DNA of 13,335 bases from an uncultured Bdellovibrio sp. (GTDB taxonomy: Bacteria > Bdellovibrionota > Bdellovibrionia > Bdellovibrionales > Bdellovibrionaceae), in contig CAWVRN010000051.1 of the NCBI GenBank assembly GCA_963932905.1, positions 1-13,335 on the forward strand, written 5' to 3'. A program made the position numbers and the translations under genes. The notes beneath the pieces were generated by a model, which was given only the letters and a program-made list of their open reading frames with translations, made no database searches and was not told where the DNA came from. Position 1 is the first letter of the stretch. The number at the start of each line of letters is the position of its first letter. This document shows positions 7,234 through 13,335 of this stretch, piece by piece.

Positions 7234-8001
7234 ATGGATTCAATGCCCAGTATTTTGCTTCAATACCTGAATAAGAAGAAACAGAAAAATCCGCAGTATT
7301 CTTTGCGTTCGTTAGCGAAGGGGATTGCAATCAGTCCGTCACAGCTGTCTGGAATTATTAACAAGAAGAAAAAACTCTCGCCCAGCCAGGCTATTAAAAT
7401 AATCCAAAAATTGAATCTGACAGAACAAGAAAGTCTAGAATTATTGTCGGATATTCATCCCGAATTAAGAAATGCGTTGAACCGGAAAATGGAAGTTCAG
7501 CAATTGACAGAGGAAGAGTTTAGTTTGATTTCCAATTGGATTCATTTCGCTATTTTAAGTCTGAGTTACTTAAAAGATAATAAAGCATCTTGTCAATGGA
7601 TCTCAAAAAAATTGAGCATCCCGGTATCCGATGTGGAGCCCGCATTCCGACGTCTTGAAAAATTAGGTTTGATAGAAATTAGGGGTACGCAGTTCGTTCA
7701 AACATCAAAACCACTCACGACAACAATAGATATTCCGTCCGATGCAATTCGTGCGCATCACAAGCAAAATCTAGAAAAAGCCATGATTAAATTAGATAGC
7801 GTCGATGTATTAGAGAGAGATTATTCTTCGATCACGCTGCCGATACACTTTGACGATATGAAAAAAGCTAAAGCCATGATCAACGAATTTAAGAAGAGAC
7901 TGTATAAAGAACTTAAATGCGATGATCCAACAGATGTGTACACACTGGCTGTGCAGTTCTTTCCGCTAACAGAACCGTCTAAAGACAAAGGTAAAGTATG
8001 A
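7234..8001 (+). CDS. TIGR02147-family protein (Xre-like HTH + DUF4423), putative transcriptional regulator
   Basis: KKQKNPQYSLRSLAK..ISPSQLSGII HTH; ISNWIHFAILSL; RLEKLGLI winged helix; AIRAHHKQNL; RDYSSIT; VYTLAVQFFPLT. Start uncertain (7198 TTG, 7234 or 7243 ATG). Confidence 0.88.
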   Translation: MDSMPSILLQYLNKKKQKNPQYSLRSLAKGIAISPSQLSGIINKKKKLSPSQAIKIIQKLNLTEQESLELLSDIHPELRNALNRKMEVQQLTEEEFSLISNWIHFAILSLSYLKDNKASCQWISKKLSIPVSDVEPAFRRLEKLGLIEIRGTQFVQTSKPLTTTIDIPSDAIRAHHKQNLEKAMIKLDSVDVLERDYSSITLPIHFDDMKKAKAMINEFKKRLYKELKCDDPTDVYTLAVQFFPLTEPSKDKGKV

Positions 8002-8825
8002 AATCACTTGTTTCGTTTGTAGGGATTATTGGATTGGCCTCAATAAGTTTTGCCCAAAATTTAGTTGGCAATGGCGGCGATGTCGTCGCTGGAGAGTTTA
8101 ATTCAATTGCCCGGACCGCTGTTTATTTTTTACAAAAAAGGAATTTGAAGTCAGGGGACCTGGAATTGGTTTCTGATATTCAGAAAAAAATCGAAACGAC
8201 GGTTGTGGAATCTGTGGTGGATGAGTTGGTTATCGATGGTCGGGTGGTTGACGCCATTAACTATCCCAGTGTTTCAGCCATCAAAATCAATCGCAAACGC
8301 TGGGAACAGGTTCGTCTGCGTAGTCCGTCGGAACGCACCTTGATTGTTTTGCATGAATACATTTGGATTGCGGGTGTGGATGATAGTCACTATGCAATTT
8401 CAACCAGATTAACTAATGAAATTGTGAATGATTTAGACAAAAATTCAGTGTCGACGGAAAGGTATCAATTGTCGTTGGCCGATTTTTATTCAGAATTGGT
8501 TTTGTTCCGTGTGGACATATTGGGTATGCAGGGAACGGGGGTAACTGATTTTCCTTCATACTGTTATGCTGCTGGGGCATTAAAGGTTCATGCCGATAAA
8601 GTTAACCAATTGACCAAAGAAAATGGGTTTTGGTTTTCTACAACACAGAAACCAGAAGTCGATAGTCGCATCAGTTTCATCCAAACTTTTGCACAAGCTC
8701 AAGTTAACAATTGTAAATCGGGGACAGCGATCAATTTTGGTACGCAAATGCAAGACATTCTAAAAATGGCCGAAGCCATACGCTATCTTATGATGATCAC
8801 ACAATTCTCAGAATCCGAATTATAA
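7998..8825 (+). CDS. Secreted hypothetical protein with GNGGD and LHEY motifs
   Basis: Signal peptide ending SFA; GNGGD at aa 24-28; DAINYP; IVLHEYIWIAGVDD (H119, E120); ATGA overlap with upstream stop. Confidence 0.8.
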   Translation: MKSLVSFVGIIGLASISFAQNLVGNGGDVVAGEFNSIARTAVYFLQKRNLKSGDLELVSDIQKKIETTVVESVVDELVIDGRVVDAINYPSVSAIKINRKRWEQVRLRSPSERTLIVLHEYIWIAGVDDSHYAISTRLTNEIVNDLDKNSVSTERYQLSLADFYSELVLFRVDILGMQGTGVTDFPSYCYAAGALKVHADKVNQLTKENGFWFSTTQKPEVDSRISFIQTFAQAQVNNCKSGTAINFGTQMQDILKMAEAIRYLMMITQFSESEL

Positions 8826-8828
8826 TCT

Positions 8829-9902
8829 ATGAAACGTATTCTTTTTTTAATTGCATGCTCGGGATCGCTGATGGCCTTTCAAAACTGCGGTGCCAGTAAT
8901 TTCTCAACGGACGACGTGGAAACCCCAAGTGTGGCAGCCGGAACACCGCGACCAACTGAACCCGATGGCAATCATAATGATGTGATCCAGATCACAATTC
9001 CTGCTCAACCCTATGATAAGTTATCCCAAAGCCCCATTTTTAAATTAGCGGACAAGATTTCTGTCGGAACGCTAAGCTATGCAAATCTAAAGCTCTATAC
9101 TCCTCAATATCCACTTTATAGCGATGGCGCAGGCAAACGCCGCTGGATTTACCTGCCCGAGGGGACTTCGATTGATACGTCAGATCCCGATGCATGGGTT
9201 TTTCCTCAAGGTGCTATTTTATATAAAGAGTTTTCGGTGGGGGGGAAGAAAGTCGAAACACGCGTATTTGAAAAAGTAACGAATCAAACTGGCTTTGCAG
9301 GCTGGCGGGCCTCTGTCTATGTGTGGCTTTCTAGCCAGACGGATGCGGATCTTCTGAAGGTCGATAATTTCTATAGTCAAACAGATGTTGAAAAGGAACC
9401 TTATCAAGCCAGGATAGTGGCCAACCGATATAAAATGGTGAATATGAGTCAGTGTACAACCTGCCATTCGACGGCTAGGGACATATCGCAAGGTTTTAGT
9501 TACCTTCAGTTGTCCGATGCCACTAAGTCTATCAATGTATTTTCGCTTGCGGATTTGGGCTATTTTTCAAATCCATTCACACGTTTAGATATGATTCCAG
9601 GCACAGATAAAGAACGCGCAGCCATCGGCTATATTCAATCCAACTGCGCCACTTGCCATAGCGGAACTGGGCCAGGGCCCCATAATTTTAAGCACAGATC
9701 GACAATTCAATCTTTGGCAGATGAACCCATCATCAAGTCTATTGGCGCTAGTTCTGGGTTGGTGACCTTTGGAAACCCGTCGGCGTCGCGATTATATATG
9801 CGTATGGATAACGGAACGATGCCTAAAGTAACTCTATACACCAAAGATAGTATTGGTTTGCAGGCTTTGAATGATTGGATCATGAATTCGGTGATGCCTT
9901 AA
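8829..9902 (+). CDS. Diheme c-type cytochrome lipoprotein (SO2930/HNE_0200-like)
   Basis: Signal ending AFQN-C; PLYSDGAGKRRWIYLP, FPQGAILYKEF, VETR; CTTCH (9453-9467) and CATCH (9645-9659); GNPSASRLYMRM..GTMP with a candidate Met ligand. Confidence 0.82.
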   Translation: MKRILFLIACSGSLMAFQNCGASNFSTDDVETPSVAAGTPRPTEPDGNHNDVIQITIPAQPYDKLSQSPIFKLADKISVGTLSYANLKLYTPQYPLYSDGAGKRRWIYLPEGTSIDTSDPDAWVFPQGAILYKEFSVGGKKVETRVFEKVTNQTGFAGWRASVYVWLSSQTDADLLKVDNFYSQTDVEKEPYQARIVANRYKMVNMSQCTTCHSTARDISQGFSYLQLSDATKSINVFSLADLGYFSNPFTRLDMIPGTDKERAAIGYIQSNCATCHSGTGPGPHNFKHRSTIQSLADEPIIKSIGASSGLVTFGNPSASRLYMRMDNGTMPKVTLYTKDSIGLQALNDWIMNSVMP

Positions 9903-10125
9903 TGTCACAATGTGAATCGATTGTTTAATCACTAAGCAAAAAATCGAATTGTGGCAAAACACAGGAATTGAAATTTATATAATGGCTTCTTCAGAAGCAG
10001 TTTACATGTGTGAGTGAATCATGTAATTACTCGCGTACAAAATTGTATTGTCCCCCAAAAAGTGTGGCCTTCAAGTTGCTTTCTTATTTTGGTGTGAATT
10101 GTTGTTTTAGAATGGCAGGTTTATT

Positions 10126-11388
10126 ATGCGCGCAGTATTGGTTGTAGTTCTTTTTTCCCTAATCACTGGAATCTTACCACGGAATGTAGTTCAGGCACAT
10201 GCGATCAAGGCGGAAGACTATCAGTTTCCGTTTCAAGATCCCTGGATTGCATCGATATGTTCAGCTGCGGTGATGTTCAATGGCGGAAATCAGGAAAAAA
10301 TCCAGATCGAGATGTTACCAGAACGCAGAACAGTTAAACTTCTAGAAAATAGAAATAGAGTTTCATTTAATTTGTTCGAACAAAAAGGTAAATCAGCCCC
10401 GCTTGTTTTTGTATTGAGTGGAACAGGCGGTACCGCGTTTTCATCAAGTGCACTGGCAACTGGAAAACAATTGTTTGATTTGGGTTATCACGTAGTGACG
10501 TTACCAAACAACGTCAATTACCAATATGCAATCGGTGTCAGTAGAACTGGCGCACCGGGGTACATGCCAAATGATGCCAAAGAATATTACGAATTATTAA
10601 AACAAGTCACGGCGTACTTGAAACAATACAGATCTCTACAAATTCAGGACTATTCTATCGTGGGTTATTCGCTGGGCGGTTTAATGGCCGGCTTCTTAGT
10701 TCAAGAAGATACAAATGGCGCCCAACTTTTCAATTTCAAGAAAATCGTAATGATTGATCCCGCTGTGGACATTGGTTACGCGCTAGATGTTCTCGACAAA
10801 GCCTATGATGCTGGGACACGTATTTCGTCGACTCGTAAAGAATCTATTAACGGTATGATCTATGCGGTAGGTTTCGATGTATTGGATCATGGTTTTAATT
10901 TGAATAAAATTTTAGCGGCAGTTGATAAAGTCAATTTAACAATGGATGAACGTCAATGGTTGGTGGGTTATAATTTCCGCAATGATTTGGGTGATGTGGT
11001 GTTCGCTAGTCAGCAAATCAACGATATGAACGTTTTAAAAAACAAAGCTACTAAATATGATATGAACGCCCGATTGAATGAATCTAAAACGATCAGCTTC
11101 AATCAATATATGCGTGAAATCGTATTCCCAAGTTTGAAAATGGAGGGTGTTTCATTAGCCACTCTCGTCCATAATTCAAATTTTTTTTCTTTAGAGAGTT
11201 TGCGTAACCATCCTAATTTGTACATCTTTGCTAATGCCGATGATTATATTCATCGCCCAAAAGATGTTCAATTTATGAAAGACTTCATTCCCGACTCACA
11301 ATTCTATTTATACCCACATGGCGGACACGTAGGAAACTTATGGTATCCTAAAAATCGTGCGGACCTAGACGCCGTTATGAAGTTTTAA
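10126..11388 (+). CDS. Secreted alpha/beta hydrolase (serine esterase/lipase-like)
   Basis: Signal peptide ending VQA/AHA; PLVFVLSGTGG; GYSLG (S182); NADD; GGHVGN. Confidence 0.85.
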   Translation: MRAVLVVVLFSLITGILPRNVVQAHAIKAEDYQFPFQDPWIASICSAAVMFNGGNQEKIQIEMLPERRTVKLLENRNRVSFNLFEQKGKSAPLVFVLSGTGGTAFSSSALATGKQLFDLGYHVVTLPNNVNYQYAIGVSRTGAPGYMPNDAKEYYELLKQVTAYLKQYRSLQIQDYSIVGYSLGGLMAGFLVQEDTNGAQLFNFKKIVMIDPAVDIGYALDVLDKAYDAGTRISSTRKESINGMIYAVGFDVLDHGFNLNKILAAVDKVNLTMDERQWLVGYNFRNDLGDVVFASQQINDMNVLKNKATKYDMNARLNESKTISFNQYMREIVFPSLKMEGVSLATLVHNSNFFSLESLRNHPNLYIFANADDYIHRPKDVQFMKDFIPDSQFYLYPHGGHVGNLWYPKNRADLDAVMKF

Positions 11389-11442
11389 ACAAACTTTCAA
11401 GGCCCCGTTGTCAGCGGGCATGATTTAGACTAAAACTTGAGT

Positions 11443-12612
11443 ATGAAAAAATCAAAAGTCAAAATCATGCTTCTTGGATCTGGAGAATTGGGAAAAGAAT
11501 TTGTTATTTCAGCGCAGCGATATGGACTGCATTTGATCGCTGTTGATAGTTACGCTGACGCCCCCGCCATGCAAGTGGCCGATGAATTTGAAGTCATAGA
11601 TATGTTAAATGCGAATGAATTGGATCGCATTGTTCGAAAGCACCAACCGAATATTTTGGTTCCAGAAATTGAGGCCATTCGCACCGAAAAATTAGAAGAA
11701 TTTGAATCAAGAGGAATCCAGGTCGTTCCCACGGCAAAGGCGACTCATTTGACGATGAATCGCGATGCGATTCGTGATGTTGCGGCTCGTGAGCTGAAAT
11801 TAAAAACGGCTAAATTTCTATACGCAGAATCGTATGAAGAATTATTCGCGGCCAGCAATAAAATTGGATTTCCAAACGTTGTGAAACCGGTGATGTCATC
11901 ATCGGGCAAAGGTCAGTCGGTAGCAAAAAACAAGAAAGACGTTTTGAAATCTTGGGATTATGCGGTGGCGGGTATGCGCGGTGATAAAAGGAAAGTTATT
12001 GTTGAAGAATTTATTAATTTCGAATCAGAAATTACCTTGCTCACAATAAAACAGAAAAACGGCCCGACATTGTTTGTAAATCCCATTGGTCACCGTCAGG
12101 AACGTGGTGACTATCAAGAATCTTGGATGCCGGCGCGAATTTCACCGGCACAGCTAAAGAAAGCCCAAAAGATGGCGAAAAAAATCACTGACTATCTAGG
12201 GGGTTCTGGTTTATTCGGTGTCGAATTTTTCCTGACTAAGAAAGATGTCTATTTTTCTGAATTATCACCACGCCCTCATGATACAGGTATGGTGACATTG
12301 GCATCCCAAAATTTATCAGAGTTTGATTTGCATTTGCGTGCCGTGCTGGGACTACCTATCACTGAAATTAACTACCTTGGTCCGGCGGCATCTGCGGTGA
12401 TTTTGGCAGATCGTCCGTCGGATAAATTTGAATTCACCGGTATTGAAAATGCGTTGCAAATAAAAACATCTGACATTCGTATTTTTGGTAAACCGACGAC
12501 GCGTAAACATCGCCGAATGGGCATAGCGCTGGCGCGCGGTAAATCTACGGATGACGCCCGCAAGAAAGCACGCCAAGCGGCAGAACGAGTGAAGATAAAA
12601 TACGCAGACTAA
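11443..12612 (+). CDS. purT: Formate-dependent phosphoribosylglycinamide formyltransferase
   Basis: [68 protein letters not shown] 11443 preferred over TTG 11437. Confidence 0.97.
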   Translation: MKKSKVKIMLLGSGELGKEFVISAQRYGLHLIAVDSYADAPAMQVADEFEVIDMLNANELDRIVRKHQPNILVPEIEAIRTEKLEEFESRGIQVVPTAKATHLTMNRDAIRDVAARELKLKTAKFLYAESYEELFAASNKIGFPNVVKPVMSSSGKGQSVAKNKKDVLKSWDYAVAGMRGDKRKVIVEEFINFESEITLLTIKQKNGPTLFVNPIGHRQERGDYQESWMPARISPAQLKKAQKMAKKITDYLGGSGLFGVEFFLTKKDVYFSELSPRPHDTGMVTLASQNLSEFDLHLRAVLGLPITEINYLGPAASAVILADRPSDKFEFTGIENALQIKTSDIRIFGKPTTRKHRRMGIALARGKSTDDARKKARQAAERVKIKYAD

Positions 12613-12615
12613 ATT

Positions 12616-12858
12616 TTAGCGCTGTTTAAATAGGTGGATGCCCTCGACCTTGATAGGCATTGATGATTTAAATGAATGTTCGCGTTTGCAATTAGGGCAG
12701 ATGATTTCTTCTTTTTCATTAGTGCCTTGTTGACGAATGAAAACGACCTCTATTTGTTCACCACATTTACAATTTAGATAAATGGATTCTTTGGAAGGGA
12801 AGCGGGCTTTTTTGATCAATCTGTGTCCTTGATATAACCAGTTTTCGTTCTTTGGCAA
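12616..12858 (-). CDS. Small putative zinc-ribbon protein
   Basis: CKCGE...CPNCK pairs; fills the gap between purT and the next gene; TTG start without clear SD. Confidence 0.6.
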   Translation of the reverse strand: MPKNENWLYQGHRLIKKARFPSKESIYLNCKCGEQIEVVFIRQQGTNEKEEIICPNCKREHSFKSSMPIKVEGIHLFKQR

Positions 12859-12899
12859 AACGGGTCAAATCAAGGAATTTTTATCAGATCTTTAGTCTG

Positions 12900-13184
12900 C
12901 TATTTCATGACACATTTGTTTTTCTCGCAAGCAACTTTCTTGCTACACGACGGATCGTCAGAGATAACTTGAATGCAGCTGATGTCTGAAAACTTTCCTT
13001 CCCATTTTTTCTTTGATTTTATAGCAATCGCCACTTTGTCGCCGCCGGAAGAGCAATTACAGCCGTTGCTTGTTGTTGTCGTGCACTCGGTGTCTTTTTC
13101 GCATTTTAAATAATCGTCAGGTATATCGGACGCAAACAAATTGAAACTCAGAAAAAATAGAATAATTGTGCAAACTGATTTCAT
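12900..13184 (-). CDS. Small secreted cysteine-rich protein (94 aa)
   Basis: AAGGAG SD before ATG 13184; signal peptide ending LFA; 8 Cys in the mature part (CEKDTEC, GCNC, ..., CEKNKC). Confidence 0.8.
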   Translation of the reverse strand: MKSVCTIILFFLSFNLFASDIPDDYLKCEKDTECTTTTSNGCNCSSGGDKVAIAIKSKKKWEGKFSDISCIQVISDDPSCSKKVACEKNKCVMK

Positions 13185-13335
13185 AACTCTCCTTAAACTA
13201 AGTTGATTCGGTCGAGTTACGATTGTGTCGATAAAAGAATTATAAATCAATACCTAAAGGCAAGGCCGATCCAAACGTGTCAGAACTGGCTCCTTAGCTT
13301 GCGGCTAAGAAGCTAAAATCTATTGGAAAGACAGT

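Noticed and set aside
11404..11436. Hairpin and TTGTCA-N17-TAAAAC promoter before purT
   Set aside because: The -10 lacks the conserved final T and the hairpin has no U-tract; too weak to call.
653..12576. Short alternative-frame ORFs (653-856, 897-1091, 1687-1983, 1916-2206, 2953-3718 set, 4068-4292, 5574-5862, 6526-6717, 6826-7080, 9219-9491, 11550-11732, 12352-12576)
   Set aside because: All are antisense shadows of longer motif-bearing genes and have no recognisable motifs.
13185..13250. N-terminal extension of the 116-aa ORF
   Set aside because: AAGGAG plus ATG at 13184 gives a clean signal peptide start.
1143..13259. Recurring ACCTAA(A)/TTAGGT half-sites near 1145, 2595, 6283 and 13252 as a regulon
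   Set aside because: Only half-sites, and they also occur inside coding regions (about 2410 and 5012), so chance cannot be excluded.
13293..13316. Hairpin CTTAGC-TTGCG-GCTAAG near the right edge
   Set aside because: Context is truncated by the window end, so no role can be assigned.
1..13335. CRISPR array, tRNA, rRNA or tandem DNA repeats
   Set aside because: No regularly spaced direct repeats or RNA-gene signatures were seen by eye; intergenic gaps are all under about 270 nt.

Overview
A gene-dense bacterial window whose protein families (TIGR02147/DUF4423-type regulator, FQNC-type lipoprotein signal, GNGGD-motif secreted protein, sigma28-like boxes) suggest a Bdellovibrionota genome; this taxonomic call is inferred, not searched. 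Left to right: 3' end of an IS1/IS1595-like transposase, an alpha/beta hydrolase, a secreted SleB-like (Hydrolase_2) cell-wall enzyme, ndh, a ~753-aa exported protein built of two tandem units with a Pol-beta-type nucleotidyltransferase motif (intact in unit 1, degenerate in unit 2), a lipocalin-like lipoprotein, a three-gene operon (TIGR02147 regulator, GNGGD/HE-motif secreted protein, diheme c-type cytochrome lipoprotein) behind two adjacent perfect palindromes, a secreted alpha/beta hydrolase, purT, a small Zn-ribbon ORF and a small 8-Cys secreted protein. No rRNA, tRNA or CRISPR array was seen. The best leads are the exported active+pseudo nucleotidyltransferase and the regulator-headed secreted operon. 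All family assignments come from motif recognition by eye.
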